NCBI GenBank assembly: GCA_024137785.1
Contig: JAHRHZ010000085.1
Span: forward strand, 3,451,770 to 3,515,769
Direction: 5' to 3'
DNA length: 64,000 bases
Source: Ginglymostoma cirratum
Lineage: Eukaryota
In this document: piece after piece, positions 1-13,999 of the stretch
Layout of the letters: the number at the start of each line of letters is the position of its first letter
Numbering within the stretch: position 1 is the stretch's first letter
Notes under the pieces: generated by a model
The model's database searches: none
The model's input: the letters and a program-made list of their open reading frames with translations, nothing else
Told to the model about the DNA's origin: nothing
Translations under genes and position numbers: made by a program

Positions 1-178
1 GTTTGTCCGGAGGGAGGTGGATAACTTCTTCAAGGTAGGCATCCTGAGAAGAGGCTTCACAGTGGGGTTAAAATTGTATCAGAGATAAAAGGTACTGCAG
101 ATGCTGGAGAATACGAGATAACAAGGTGTGGGGCTTGATGAACATAGCAGGCCAAGCAGCATCATAGGAGCAGGAAGG
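1..178 (-). mobile_element. 5' end and terminal repeat of a Penelope-like element abutting a CR1 LINE
   Basis: 1-62 is the reverse complement of the start of the PLE at 37381 (gtgaagcctcttct...gatgcctaccttga). 79-178 matches the PLE terminal repeat at 61255-61350. Confidence 0.7.
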
Positions 179-1390
179 TCACTATTTCCAAAGTAGTCCC
201 CTACTGCAATTTCAACCACCTGGCCGGGCTCATTCCCCAACACCAAGTCCAGTATGGCCCTTCCCGAGTTGGAATACGTACATATTGCTCCAGAAAACAC
301 TCCTGGATGCTCCTTACGAATTCTGCTCCATCCTGGCCCCTAACACTAAGTGAATCCCAGTCAATGTTGGGAAAATTAAAATCTCCCATCACCACCACCC
401 TGTTGCTCCTACACCTTTCCGTAATCTGTTTAAATATTTGTACCTCTATCTCACGCTCGCTGTTGGGAGGCCTGTAGTACAGCCCCAACATTGTTACTGC
501 ACCCTTCCTATTTCTGAGTTCTACCCATATTGCCTCATTGCTCGAGTCCTCCATAGTGCCCTCCTTCAGTACAACTGTGGTATCGTCTTTGACCAGTAAT
601 GCAACTCCTCCACCCCTTTTACCCCGCTCTCTGTCTCGCCTGAAGCATCGATATCCTGAGACATCTAGTTGCCAATCATGCCCTTCTTGCAACCAAGTCT
701 CAGTAATCGCAATAACATCACACTCCCAGGTACCGATCCAAGCATTAAGTTCATCTGCCTTATCTACTACATTTCTCGCATTAAAACAAATGCACCTCAG
801 ACCACCTGTCCCTTCGTGTTCATCATCTGCTCCCTGCCTACTCTTCCCTTTAGTCTCGCTGACTCCATTATCTAGTTCCCTACAGGCTTTAGTTACTACC
901 TCCTTTCTGTCCAATAACGTGTCCAATATTTGGTTCCCATCCCACTGCCACATTAGTTTAAGCCCTCCCCCACAGCGTTAGCAAAAGCACCCCCAAGGAC
1001 TTTTATTCCAGTCTGGCCAAGGTATAGACCGTCCAATTTGTAATAGTCCCACCTTCCCCAGAACCGTTCCCAATGTCCCAAAAATCTGAACACCTCCCTC
1101 CTGCACCATGCCTCAAGCCACGCATTCATCCTGACTATTCTTTCATTTCTGCTCTGACTAGCACGTGGCACTGGTAGAAATCCTGAGATTACTACCTTTG
1201 AGGTCCTACTTTTTAACTTGGCTCCTACCTCCCTAAATTCTGCTTGTAGGACCTCATCCCGTTTTCTACCTATATCATTGGTGCCTATATGCACTACGAC
1301 AACTGACTATTCGCCCTCCCCCTTCAGAATGTTCTGCAGCCGGTCTGAGACATCCCTGACCCGTGCACCTGGGAGGCAACATGGGATTCA
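179..1390 (-). mobile_element. CR1-clade LINE: ORF1 SGNH esterase 3' part plus ORF2 apurinic endonuclease
   Basis: ORF 953-1294 has HIGTNDIG and DGLYL (SGNH-like). ORF 201-953 has IAITETW, RGGGVALLV, YRPP and MGDFNFP, followed by a frameshift. Confidence 0.93.
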
Positions 1391-1879
1391 AATCCTGGTC
1401 CCCAGAAACAATTGGCTTTCTGGTATCTAAGAAATATTTCTCACACCATGTTCACCTTTGGTGAATGTCCAGCTTGAGGAGTGGTAAAATGTGTACAATA
1501 ATAAAATGTACAGGAAAAAAATGTCATATTAACAAGTATAAGTTGGGTTTATTCGACCGGCTTACTTTCATTTCTCATCATTACAGTTTTGATCACATTC
1601 TTAAATAAATTACACACAGCATCAAAAAATCTGACACCTCATCACAGAGCCATAGCTGGTGGAGGTCGGAGTGTTCACTTGAGTGTGATGTTTGTTGATG
1701 AAACTGCCCTTGAATGGTAACATGAGCCATGATGTGTTGATCTCCCGGTCGAAGTGAACAGAACAATCCCAAACCTAAACAATAAACAAGCTGATGTGAG
1801 ATTCAGAGTCACGATTTTTTTATAACTGCGAGGAAAGCTGCCTTTTGGCCAATGTGTCCGTGCTGGTCATAGAGCATTG

Positions 1880-2935
1880 ACTTACTGAAATCACATTTCT
1901 CAGCACTTGGCCTGTATCCTTGTATGCTACATGGTTTCAAGTACTCACCTAAATTTTTCTGAAATGTCTTGAGATTTCCCATGTCTGTTGATCTTTTAGA
2001 CCGTTAGCTCAAGATACTCACAACTTATTGTGTGAAATGAAATTCCTCAAACCCCTCTAAATCATGTGCTCCTCATCATTAATTGAAGCACCTTGCCATT
2101 GATGCATCTCGTAAGGGAAAGGTGTATCCCGATATGCCTTATTTATGCTCCTAATAACTTTCCACACTGCTGCAACGGACTTTTAATGACAGGAGGTTCC
2201 AAACATATCAACAACTTGGGAAAATGGCAACATACTGCATACATGTCATCAATTACATTTTTAAATGCAAGTGAAGTACGGGACTGATGCTAAGTTTGAG
2301 TCAACATTTACCTTGTTTTCAGCCCTGTGATTTTTACGATGCGATATAAATTCAAATTGTTATCCTTCAAACTCGGAATAGCATCAGTCATCTGACATTT
2401 TTCAGATTTTCTTCTCTTCTTTGATATTAATCCCCTGCAAGACTTCCACTAGTATTGTATAAAACCTGATATAGAGTCATGGACTTGTAAAGCACGCAAA
2501 CAGACCCTTCGGTGCAACTCATTCATGTTGACCAGATGTCATTAAATTAATCTTGTCCCATTTGTCAGTACTTGACCCACATTCCACTAAACCCTTCCTA
2601 TTCATGTACCCATCGAGGTGCCTTTCAAATGTTGGAATTGTACCAGCCTCCACCACTTTGTCTGGCAGTTCAGTCCATACATGCACCACCCTCTGTGGGA
2701 AAATGTTGTCCCTGAAGTCACTTTTAAAGGTTTTCCTCTCATCTTAAACACATGTCCTCAAGTTTTCAACACCCCTACCCTGGGGAAAGGACCGTGGCAG
2801 TTCACCGTACCCATGCCCCTCATGATTTTATAAACCTCTATAATGTCACTCCTCAGCCTCTGACACCACAGGAAAAATGACCCCTATCTATTCAGCCTCT
2901 CCCAACAGCTCAAACACTCCAACCCTAGCAACATC
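1880..2935 (-). mobile_element. Two decayed CR1 LINE 3' end fragments (about 1880-2160 and 2470-2935)
   Basis: Similar to the CR1 3' ends at 14000-14545 and 56275-57530 (gcctccaccact...ggcag, cagcctctcc...agct). Confidence 0.65.
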
Positions 2936-3574
2936 ATCGAACGAAATAGATGGAGTCTGTGATACCTAAAAGGTATTGTTGATGGAGACTAAACATTTTG
3001 ACTGAGAAAATGTAATGTCAGCTCATTCAATAATGGATATCAATCTGAGGTTGTTAGGGCAGTGCAGTGCAGTGGGGTTGAATGAGGTGATTATGACCTT
3101 ATGCCTCGTGTCCTGAAATGTACACTTGGGAATGGATACGATGTTTCTTTATGTTGACCTTCAGAAACAACATGATTATGAGAAATAGCAGAAAGCGGAA
3201 AGATTCCTTGATAGTTCCAAACATAACGGAGTGGAAATGGACAGCATTCCACAGCAAATAATTCAGCTCTGAAGGTAAGAAACAATAGGGAACTGGGAAT
3301 CAAACAAATGCCTGGGGATTGAACATCTGGAGTTTTGTTCTGTTGCCATTCATCTTAAAATCTGGAAATAGGTCAGGAAGAATCAAGGGGGGGCATATTC
3401 AGGTGGGAACACAGTCTGGGTCTGTTAGAGGAAAGTCAGAGTTGAGGTGGCCTGGAGAATTTTCGATTGTTTTTGTGGTGATTGGAACCAGGTGAATCTT
3501 ATTGACTATGAGATCCTTGACTGAGGTTGTTAACGTGGGCTAATCAGGGAGCCCTGGCTGATCAATATAAACGG

Positions 3575-4385
3575 AGCAAACCCTGTACAGACTGCTGCTG
3601 TACACCATCCACCTCTTCTCCTTCACCCACCGCCCGGGCACATCTTGCCATGCCCATTTACCACCTGGCGGTGGGGATCTCCAGTGGAGGGCTCTCTACG
3701 CGGGAGCCCTCCCCTTTTCCCTCGGTGATCTTGGAGGGAGGGTGTTGTACACAGCAGTCCCATCTGACTGCAGACTGAAGTGGTTCAGGGACTCCCAGAC
3801 CAACTGTCTGTTTTGTGGTGCTGTGGAGTCCGTGGACCATGTGGATATTGGATGTGGGCGTTTGCACTCCCTTTTCAGTTATCTGAAAGCCCTCCTTTTG
3901 TGTTTCTGGCTGCAGTTCAGCTCCATGCTCCTGATCTTTGGACACCCGGTGCAGAGGGGTGCAGGTGGGTCACAGGATTCCCTCATGGGTCTGCTCCTGG
4001 GCTTGGCCAAGCTGGTCATTAACAGGTCCAGGCAGCGGGCCGTGGAGGAGGGTCATTTACATTGACTGTCTGACCCTCTTCCCTGTCTATGTTCGAGCTC
4101 GGGTGTCCCTGGCAAAAAAGCAATCGGTGTGCGCCGACACTCTCGATGTCTTTCGGGAGCAGTGGGCACCGCGGGGTGGGGCGGGGGGGCTTCATCCCCC
4201 CCTTCCAATTCTGTTTGGATTTGATCCCTACCCTCCCTTTCACTTTTTTTTTTCACAATGAGCATTGCCGTAGCGGGGTCTTTGCTTGTCACTGATTCCC
4301 TGGCCACATGCGAGTTTTTCCTGGTGGTGGTATATTAATAAATTTATTTGCACAAATAGTGTTTTTACTGTGTCTTGCACCTGCA
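3575..4385 (+). mobile_element. Tx1/L1-clade non-LTR retrotransposon, ORF2 C-terminus and 3' UTR
   Basis: ORF 3742-4065 has a CLFCGAVESVDHVDIGC zinc knuckle and LLLGLAKLVINRSR. A T-rich 3' UTR with AATAAA follows. Confidence 0.8.
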
Positions 4386-5289
4386 CGCACAGAACACGGA
4401 CGCTGGTGGAAAATAAGCACTACTTATGTAAAAATGGGGTTATGAACAAAAGCAAACAAAAAAACATAAACAGGGCATTTAGAATCTCCACCCTTCAGGC
4501 TGACTCCGAGCTGGCTGGCCACAGCCAGTGTACTGTGCACATGGAAATAAACGGGGACTTGGTGATGGGATACCAGCCTCTGTGCAGTTATTTCAGTTTT
4601 TCTTGAGAAAATGAGAAATACAACAGACTTAGCAGATGGACTGAATGTGTCGAAGGACAGTTAGCCATTAGTAATGTCAGAAACATGTGTAGTCTCCTAT
4701 TGGTCTCTCATGCACACATTTCCCTTTTCTGTTTAATATAAAAGATGGGACTGAATTGTAAATGAGGGCTGCACTTCAAAAAAGTGAAATGATGGCGAAA
4801 ATGAAGGAACTTTTGCATCTCTACAGGATTGTGACGAAGCACTGAAGGCTTATCAACAGGTATTAATCTGAGTACACATTTGCAATCGGATATCACATGA
4901 TGCCACTTAGATAACGTTCACACAGAATCCCGCCTAAATTCCAGTTCATTCAGAAAACCGAAGAGGAAGTCAATCCAGTACTGAACTTCAGTACAAACAT
5001 CGAAAATGCGTTACTCTCCCCATTTCAGTTTGATCACCGTTCTTCCCCTTCTCTCCCCCACTCGACACCCATCTGCTGCAGTTTTACCTACAAGTAGCTG
5101 TTCTCAGTCTATTTTGGGCAGATCCTGCCTCTTTTTGATAACAATTGCAAAAAAAAACTTGTTTGCAGACCTTTTCTTTCCTTCTCTGCGACAAACATTG
5201 GATCATTCTGTATCACTACAATGGTTTCCCATTACCTCCTCAAACACCAGACGGATTTTCTCCCCAGAATTAAATCCAGCACCGCCCTG

Positions 5290-6350
5290 ACGCTTGTCAG
5301 ACATTATGTATGTTGTCAAAAAAAATTGTCCTGAATAGATTTCCAACGTCTGTTCCCTTTCAGCTGTTTACAACATGATTATCCCAATTAATGTTGGGGA
5401 AGATGAAATCGTCTAACATTCTTAAATTATGAATACTGTCATTATGATTACATATCTCAGTTAAATGTGTACATACCTGCTTCTCTATTACGCACTGACT
5501 GAGGGCTACAATACACTCAGAGCAATGTGGCTGCTCTTCTTACCACTGTCGCTACCTCCTGGCCTCATTTGAAGACCATTTCAGGATATCATCACTCCTT
5601 ATTGCAGTAACTGACTCCTTTATGTGATAACAACTCATCTTTTCTTATTTGAACACCCCCATCACTCTCTATACTTCTGAAGGATGCAGAATTACTTGCA
5701 AGCAGCTGTTCCCAGTCACTCTTTGCCAGATCCTCTCTACTGATTTTGAATTTGCTCTTCACACAATTTAGACATTTCTGCATGATGCTTTTCCCTTCCC
5801 ACAATGACTTTGAAACTTAGAGAGTTATAGTCACTATTCCCAAAACATATGCCCAATTACAGTTCATTTGCCTGGTTTCATTCCCCAGGATTAGATCTAA
5901 CACTGCCCTATCTGGAATTGGACTATCGATGTAATGGCACAAAAAGCTCTCCTGGATGCACTTTAAAAATTTCAACCCATACAATCCGTTCACACTCAGG
6001 CCATCCCAGTTAATGTTAGAAACTTTGTACCCGCTATGATTGTCTAAACCCATTCCTCTCGTACCACTCTCTGATTTGTGTCCGGACCTATTCCTTCATC
6101 TCTCTCTGTCGTTTAATCCCAGCAAAGGGATCGGCCTTTTTTAATTTCTAAGCTCCAACCAGAATGGCTTCATTTGAAGAGCCTTCTGAGGAATTGTCCC
6201 TCATTACCGCAGTGATCTTCTCCTTTACCATTAATGCACTAACCTCATTTACATCGCCGTCTATCATGCCTGAAACTTCTCTACCCTGTAATGTTGAGCT
6301 GCCAATCCTGCCCTTCCTTTACCGATGTCTCAGTGACTGCAAATGTTCGG
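5290..6350 (-). mobile_element. Decayed CR1 endonuclease fragments
   Basis: ORF 5817-6053 (NINWDGLSV...FLKCIQESFL...AVLDLILGNE) matches the element at 179-953. Confidence 0.75.
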
Positions 6351-6554
6351 GATACTCACGGTTGAAGGTAGTTCTCAGTTGACATCAAATGGCTTTGGAA
6401 GATTTCTGGCTGAAACAGTCTGCTGTTTGAAGGCAAACTTTAAGCCAGAGCAGTTAGGTGCCTTCGTGGATGGAATATATCCAAGGGAGCAAGATTACGG
6501 TTATGGAAGGTCAGAGTGGAAGCAGGCCATTTGGCTGCATATCCTCTGGACGCC

Positions 6555-6735
6555 ATGAGCAACGTAAAATGTCCAATCCACCTACCCTGCACATCTTCGA
6601 ACTGTGAGAGGAAACCAGAGCACCCGGAGGAAACCCAAACAGACACGGGGAGAATGTGCAGATGTCACAGATTGGGGAATCAAACCAGGATCCCTGGCAC
6701 TGCGAGGCAGCAGCACTAACCACTGTGCTGCTCCA
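6555..6735 (-). mobile_element. tRNA-derived V-SINE (HE1-like)
   Basis: Pol III A/B-box-like head (GTGGTTAGTGCTGC, GGTTTGATTCCC) and V-domain (TTCTCCCCGTGTCTG...GGGTTTCCTCCGGGTGCTC). Confidence 0.85.
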
Positions 6736-7369
6736 TTAAGATGAAGATAAAATACAAAAAAAACTTTCGAAATGCGTATAATTGGATTCTCCCTTTCCTA
6801 ACCCAACTTCAGGATAAAGAGTAATCTTTTTCCGGCCGACAATCTGTTCTGAATAATGGCCACTGGAACCAAACTGGTCACTCTGCTTTCTCTACACTGA
6901 TGCTGCCAGACCTTTTGAGCTCTTCCAGCAAATTCTGTTTTTGTATCTGATTTCGAGCATCAGCAGTTCTTTACTTTCTTACTCAATATGTCGTCTGGAA
7001 TATTCTGTCCCTCATTGTGATTACTGTTCGTTATCTTTTAGACCAATCCCACCGGTGATTCTTTTTGCTACTGTTCCTCTTTCCTACCCAAACTGATTAT
7101 TCATCGTGGTTTTTTGACCATGGTCATTTTTAACCATTCATAACTTAAACAACGGGACGCTATCCTCCATCATCTGGTGTCCTGTTCTTATTGACTGTTA
7201 TATACTCCTAAATAATCAGTACACAATATTTGTCATCTTACTTTCATGTCTCCATAATGATTATTAATTATGCTTATTTACATCAATGTGTGTTGTGGTC
7301 TCAGTTTGTTTAATTTCTTCAGAATGCTCACATTTTCAAATCTAGAGTCTTTTTTCTTGTCCATTTTTG

Positions 7370-7630
7370 TGAACACACACACCAACAGGTTCAAGAACAG
7401 TCTCTTCCCTGTTGTTACTTGACTGCTGAACATACCTGTCTAACTTCAAATAATGATCCTGCTAATGTTGATCTTGCTTTATGCATCTCCTGGGCAGCGG
7501 TAACCTGGATGGATCACTCTGTCTAAGCACCTGTATGCGCTTGTTTGTTATCTGCCTGTACTGCTCACAAACCTAAACTTCTCACTGTACTTAGGGACAT
7601 GTGACCACAATAAATCAATTTAAATCAAAT
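7370..7630 (+). mobile_element. Rex1/Babar- or L2-like LINE 3' end
   Basis: Encodes TNRFKNSLFP. Ends in AATAAA followed by short aaatc repeats. Confidence 0.55.
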
Positions 7631-8871
7631 CATACTCCCAGTCTTGTTTGTTACTTTAATCCGAATTCTTAATTAATTAAACTCTGTCCATCTTGCCATT
7701 TACTGACCCACAATTCCCTGATTCCTCTTTTCTTCTTCTCAAATGACTGGAACTATTTCAGCTTCCACTCTGTAGTAAGATGATTATATTTATCAAGATG
7801 AGTATTATCTATCAGTGGTTTTACCGAAATAAAAGCTATCATGTCTGTGATACAAACATTTGTGTATTTATTTCAGTAACATTCAATGACGGACATGTCA
7901 CAACAACTTGAATGACTGACATGAATTCACCAAACAAGAGCTGTTTTGTTTATTCTGGTAACAGAGAGACACAATTGGTCGGGTTACCATTTGTGTCCTG
8001 GAAATTTAATAAGATATCTGTCAGTGTATTTGAAAGATTGTGTTATAAGCAAGTGCAGACACTTTAAAATGCCAAAGTTTTCATTATGCATTTGATCGAC
8101 AATAAGAACATGATCATCATTCATTTCAATCAAAAGTAAAGCGTATTTTCAATCTATTTTTACACGAAGGAAGATGATTCATACACTCAGTAATTTCACA
8201 AAACAATCAACAACCAAACAGTAGTTCAATTGTCAACTTGCCTGGAATTAGTTAAAATCATAAAAAGAAATAGTGTATGTTCCGTAAAACACAAGTTCCT
8301 TTTACGACCTTCCCGCATTGATATGTTTTATTTGCCTTTAATTTCACATCGTGCTATGAAGATATTTCTTCAGATGTCAGTATCGGCAACATACCTTAGG
8401 AATTTGTGCTCGACTCCCACTGTCAGTATTCTACCCAAACAACAAATACACTTTGGGAATAGGCTGATACGCAAGAAAACGGAATGTTTACTTTTTTTGA
8501 TGTTGAGTTCTTTTGGAAACGGATGGTGAGCCATCTTCTTGAATGGATGCAGGCAATATGGTTCATGTCTATCCAATGTGCTGCGAGGAAGGGGTAATGT
8601 AACTGGAATTCAGGACCAAGTCAGAGGGTCTGTCTTCTGAGATGGGTGATCCATATTATGATTCGGGAATGTCTACCTTCTAGCCAAGGAGTGCACTTAC
8701 AAAGTATTCTGGAACACTTCCACTTCCCATTACTGAGATGACAGCAGCAATAACAAATTCAGGAGAATGTCACCTCACAAGAAAAAGCAACACCTTTGAT
8801 CGGCAACCACATTTTCTGAAAAGTTAATTTCGTCACATGGATAATAACAAGTCAGAAGGAAACAAACTGAT

Positions 8872-9178
8872 TAGAATTAGAATCCCTGCAGTGTGGAAAT
8901 AAGCCCTTCGGCCCAACAAGTCCACACCAATCCTTGGACCATCCCACCCAGACCCATCCCCCTAGAACCCACAAGCTATGGGCAATTTAGCATGGCCAAT
9001 CCAGCTAGCCTGCACATCTTTGGAGTGTGGGAGGAAACCGGAGCACGCGGAAGGAACTCACGCAGACACAGGGAGAATGTGCAAACTCCACACAGACAGT
9101 CACCTGAGGGTGGAATCGAACCTGGATCCCTGGCGCTGTGAGGCTGCAGTGCTAACCATTGAGAATCCGTGCCACCCT
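8872..9178 (-). mobile_element. V-SINE (HE1-like), near full length
   Basis: tRNA-like head (GGTTAGCACTGC, GGTTCGATTCC), V-domain and CR1-like tail with (ttaga) repeats. Confidence 0.9.
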
Positions 9179-9881
9179 TGATCTTGACAGCTAGTAGCAG
9201 GTATTCACAAAGACAGTTAACGTTGAGAGTCTATATGACGATTCATAAGCTCTGAGCAGATAGACTGTCATCGCCACATGAAACATTAGCTTGCTTTCTC
9301 TCCGTGGATGCTGCCTGACCCATTGTGATCTCCAGCATTTTTTGTTGACATAAATGGTGGTGCCTGGTTACCATCTTTGACATCAATTATTGGCTTGGTA
9401 CAAAGATAAAGAGAGTCAAATTTGTACCAACTGATAATTAACTTCATTAGATTAGTCAAACAGACATCATGTCTTCAATGAGAGTTATTGGCAAAAAGGG
9501 CCACCCAGAAGAATCACAGAGAATGACTTGTACATACAATATCTGAGAGTCAAAGACATGATGTTGAAAAGTAATGAGGAAGGGGATTTCAGACAAGTTA
9601 ATTCGACACTCTTGCTTAGTCCCTTCAGTCCTATCGGAGTCAGAGGGGATTAATTGTGCCACACTTTCTTCTTTTTAATGCGGCTGTAGCTGTAGTTTCA
9701 CCCGAAATCCCCACGTCCTTCAAATTATTGTAACAACAGTCATCTGATTGTTCAAAAAAATAGAAAATGTTCACAACCCAGAGAAGCAAGGTTTCTGTGC
9801 TGGTGAAAAAAGGAGCAGCCAAACCCAATCTCACTTCCAAGTATTTAATGTTTAATCTCAACGAGTATCTTAGGGTCATAG

Positions 9882-10188
9882 TTGCTTTGGGCATTTCAGC
9901 CAAGGTAAAACTGGATCATAAATGAATAACCGCGCAGAGAGGTTCATCAGTTGTCCTGCCTCTGTCGTTTCTCCTTCAAAATCAACCATTCAAATATTGT
10001 CGCTGACAGTTGGAGAGAAGGTAATAATACCTTTCTGCTGGAGGATAGCAGAAAGTTATTCACTGGAGGTGGAGAAGCAGCCTAACGTAATCTTTTGAAT
10101 GTGACTGTCCGGGAAAAATATTACTGTGTAGTCAAGTATCAACATTGAACGGTTGGGAAAGAAACTGCTGTGCAACTTATGGCATGTG
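9882..10188 (+). pseudogene. Copy A: IgV exon of a SIRP-like V-C1 receptor, disrupted
   Basis: Flanked by catag| and |gtatgt. Reads VALGISAKVKLDHK*ITAQRGSSVVL (frameshift) CRFSF..SWREGNNTFL..LLNVTVREKYYCVVKYQH*TVGKETAVQL. Aligns with 59652-59960. Confidence 0.88.
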
Positions 10189-10899
10189 GTATGTTTCGCC
10201 GCAGACAAACATGGTGTCTCAGCTGCTACGAAAAACGACGATGGTTAAAATTCATTTTCCGAAATATATGTATTTCACATGAATATTCAACTTCTTTGGA
10301 ATGAAATTGTCAACAATCTGAGAAACTTTTATGAACTGTCACAGTGTGAAGATTACCATTTGCACATCATTTGAAAATTGTATTGAATGTATCTATTGCA
10401 GAGTAAGTTACTACCAAACGTCAAAGCTACCCGTTTTCCTTTTCTAATCTCAGCATCGGGAAACAATTTGAAGAGATACAAATATTATCTGCGGGATTGT
10501 AGATTTTGAATATCCCGGTATCTCATTGAAAACATAATTCCTGTCACCATCATTTGGACTGCAGCTGTCGCAGCTTCTACAAACTAGAATCCAGTTCCAA
10601 ACTGGCTGTCATGAGAAGGATGCAAAATGACATCCCAAATATTTTTGTAATAATTAAGATGTATTTAATTTAAAAACCAACTTTGCTGAACTCGGAAATG
10701 GTGCATCAATTGCTTTGGGCGGAGGACGTGAAGTGCGGGTCACTGCATGATAAACGTAACATTTACTCCAAGCAAATAATGACGACTCATGCAAAAACCG
10801 TGCCCTGAAACTGCAGATGGTTTGTTCATTGAACCGTTGAAGCTTTGGAGCAGGATTGCAATGTTCCGATTTATCTGAATTCTATTATTTACAATTCAG

Positions 10900-11185
10900 C
10901 TTCACCAGCTCCCCTGAAAATTGTGACCAGTACCATTGGAAGATGCATCTTTCATTCTGTCGTGCAGGAATTCTGCCTTTTACCCAAAAGACTTTAATTT
11001 TACTTGGCACAAAAACAATACAAAAGTCTTGACATAATGAACAACAAATAAACACCATCAGACTTTGAGGTTGTCAGCACCTTAGAAGTGGCAGAGGCAG
11101 GTGAATGTGACACAGTTTACACTTGTCAAGTGCATCATTTTTCAAACCCATTTCCAGCAAAAGTCAGATACACTATTGCGAAAGA
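10900..11185 (+). pseudogene. Copy A: IgC1 exon, frameshifted, donor site apparently lost
   Basis: Begins ttcag|CT TCA CCA GCT CCC CTG AAA. Contains LSCRNSAFYPKDFNFTWHKN and EVVSTLEV..VYTCQVHH, interrupted by frameshifts and stops. Confidence 0.88.
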
Positions 11186-11329
11186 ATGCAGCCGGAATAT
11201 CTATTTGCTGCTGCGGTGTACCCTTATTTCGTTATTTATGTTCAGAATGTTAATGATGTTGAGAAAGTCAACATTTACATTCGTATGCATCTTTGATGCA
11301 GTTGTTTTCTTGCGAACAGTTCAATTGAG

Positions 11330-11615
11330 TTTTGGCTCTGAAGAAGGGTTACTGGATCTAAAACGTTAACTCTACTTTCTCTCAATGTGGAGATGCCAGA
11401 GCTGTACTAGGGTAGACAAAGTCAGAAGTCACACAACACCAGGTTATAGTCCAACAGGTCTATTTAAAATCACAAGTTTTCAGTTGACCAAGGAGCTGCG
11501 CTTTGAAAGCTGATATTTGAAATAAACCTGTTGGGCGAAAACCTGGTTTTGTGTGATTTCTGACAACTTTCACTCCACAAGCTTGCAGACTTGCTGAATT
11601 TTTCCAACAATATTT
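11330..11615. repeat. PLE terminal repeat interrupted by a fold-back element (about 11388-11568)
   Basis: Inverted arms gtcagaagtcacacaacaccagg...ccaacagg and cctgttgg...cctggttttgtgtgatttctgac. Confidence 0.65.
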
Positions 11616-12585
11616 TTATTCATTTGTGGGATGTGGGCATCGCTGGCTGGCCAGCACTTCTTGTGCTTCCCTAGTTGCCCTTGACAAGGTGGTGGTGAGC
11701 TGCCATCTTGAACTGCTGCAGTCCACCTGCTGTGGGTTTATCCACAATGCCTTTAGGGAGGGAATTCCAGGATTTTGAATGAGCATCAGTGAAGGAATGG
11801 TGATACATTTCCAAGTCAGGATGGTGATTGGCTTGGAGGGGAACTTGAAGGTGAAGGTGTTCCCATCAATCTGCTTCCCTTGTTCTTCTGGCTGGAAGTG
11901 GTCATGGGTTTGGGATGTGCCATCTGAGGATCTTTGGTGAATTTCTGCAGAGTATCTTGGAGCTCGTACACACTGCTTCTGCTGAGCGTCGGTGGTAGAG
12001 GAAGTGGGTGCTTGTGGATGTGGTGCCAATCAAGCGGGCTGCTTTGTCCTGGATGGTGACAAGCTTCTTGAGTGTTGTTGTGGCTGCACTCATCCAGGCA
12101 AGTGTGGAGTATTCCATCACACACCTACCTTGTGCCTTGTAGACTGTGGACAGGTTTTGAGGAGCCAGGAGCTGAGTTACTCACCACAGTATTCCGAGAT
12201 TCTGACTTGCTCTTGTAGCCAATGTATTTATGTGATGAGTCGAGTTGACTTTCTGGTCAATGGTAACCCCAGGGTGTTGATCGTTGGGGATTCAGTGATG
12301 GTAACACAGTTGAAATCCAAGGGGCGGTGGTTAGATTGTCTCTTATTTGTGATGGTCATTGCATGGTATTTGCGTTGCATGAATTTTACTTGCCACTCAG
12401 CCCAAGCCTCGATAATGTCCAGAACTTGCTGCGTTTGAACATGGACTACTTCAGTATCTGATGGGTTATGAATGGTGCTGTGCATTGTGCACTCATTGGC
12501 GAACATCCCCACTTCTGACTTTATGATGGAGGGAAGGGCTATGACGAATCAGCTGAAGATGGTTGGACCGAAGACACTACCGGGT
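11616..12585 (-). mobile_element. CR1-group LINE: RT C-terminus and 3' UTR
   Basis: Encodes FANECT (YADD-like), AWAEWQVKF..KYHAM and MEYSTLAW..IQDKAARLI. Same family as 36085, 41990 and 58655. Confidence 0.85.
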
Positions 12586-13999
12586 TAGATTGATTCAAAA
12601 AGTTAATTGTTGCATGGTTAATAAAAGAAAAACGAAGAGAAGTGTTTTTGAAACAATCTGGAGAATCTGCCAAAGTGGCAATGAAGGTGAGAAAAATGAA
12701 ACAAACTTGGTTATGAGCTGATAGATTCTTTAATGTGATTGTATGACCATAGTTATGTCTATTTTAGAGAAACTCAGGTGAGGCACAGGCAGCGATGTAG
12801 AGCAATGTTCCTCTGAAATTACAAAGTGAAACTTACAGCCATCATTATGATGCCTTTCAACTACTTGTTGTGAAATTCTCCAAAAGTCATCACCTAGATT
12901 CCCAAACTACATACCGATTTGTCTGTGGCAGCTAGGACAGCAAGCATGTCAAATGGTAAATGTAGTAAGTGATAGAATTGGTTAGTCAATTTCACAGCGA
13001 CCAGGCCAGGTATGTAATTTTACGTACTGCCACATCCAGTTGTGAGAGGTGTTAAACAATGAAACAACTTACTGGAGTAGGTGGCTCCACAAATATTCTC
13101 ACTCTTATTGATATAGGAATCCAACACATTTTCTGCAAAAGATAACGCTGAATCATTTCCAACAAAATTCAGCCAGAAGTGCAGAGTGGATGGGCTTACT
13201 GACCTCTTCAAAATGTCTAAAGCATCACTAATGCTAGTCGTCAGCTAATTCAATTCACTCTACATGATATGACTAAATGATGCAAAAGTTATTGGCCCTG
13301 ACATCAGTCCAGAAATAGTACTGAAGACATATACTCCAGATATGTCGGGGTCCCTTGACAAGCTGTTCAAGCACAGCAGCATTTTTAGATTCTACCAGGC
13401 AATGTCGAAAATTGAAACAAATGAAAACAGAAATTGCAAGAGAAACTCAGCAGGTCTGGCAGTTCTGTGGATAGAAAAACAGAGTTAACATTTCAAGTCT
13501 GATATGACTGATCTCGCAAGGAATCAAGGGCTATGGGGAGAGTGCGGGTATGTGGAGTTGAAATGCCCATCAGCCATGATTAAATGGCGGAGAGGACTCG
13601 GTGGGCCGAATGGCCTTACTTCCACTCCTATGTCTAATGGTCTTGTGGTCTCATGGACTGAAGAAGTCATACCAGATTCAAGCATTCTATCTGTTTCTCC
13701 CTCCAGTGTTCTCTGTGCTTTTTCCCTGCCATGAGGGAAGGTGAGTCCAGATGCAGAGGACGCTGTTTTAAAATTAGTGGTTGCATTTTTGGACAGAGAC
13801 GACGATTTTTATTTCCTCTGAGGAAAGGTCACAGGATAAATCCAACCCACCCCATTACTTCCCTATCAAGATCGTCTTATGCATCTGTAAAAAGTTGGAT
13901 GAAATCCATAGCGCTAACACTGGTCCTTCTATAACGAACTCAATGATACTCAGTTCAATTTCCACTCAGCTATTGACTTCATTAATGACTTGGATCATT

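Noticed and set aside
3165-3274. Exon-like segment between ttcag and gtaaga
   Set aside because: All three frames contain stops and there is no similarity to the receptor exons.
7841-7880. ATGTCTGTG as the leader exon of copy A
   Set aside because: Only the first 9 nt match copy C, the upstream promoter block is absent and the spacing to the V exon differs.
10340-10346. CACAGTG heptamer downstream of V exon A, suggesting a RAG recombination signal
   Set aside because: It lies 150 nt inside the intron with no nonamer at 12 or 23 nt. The V exons already include the G strand and a splice donor, so they are non-rearranging.
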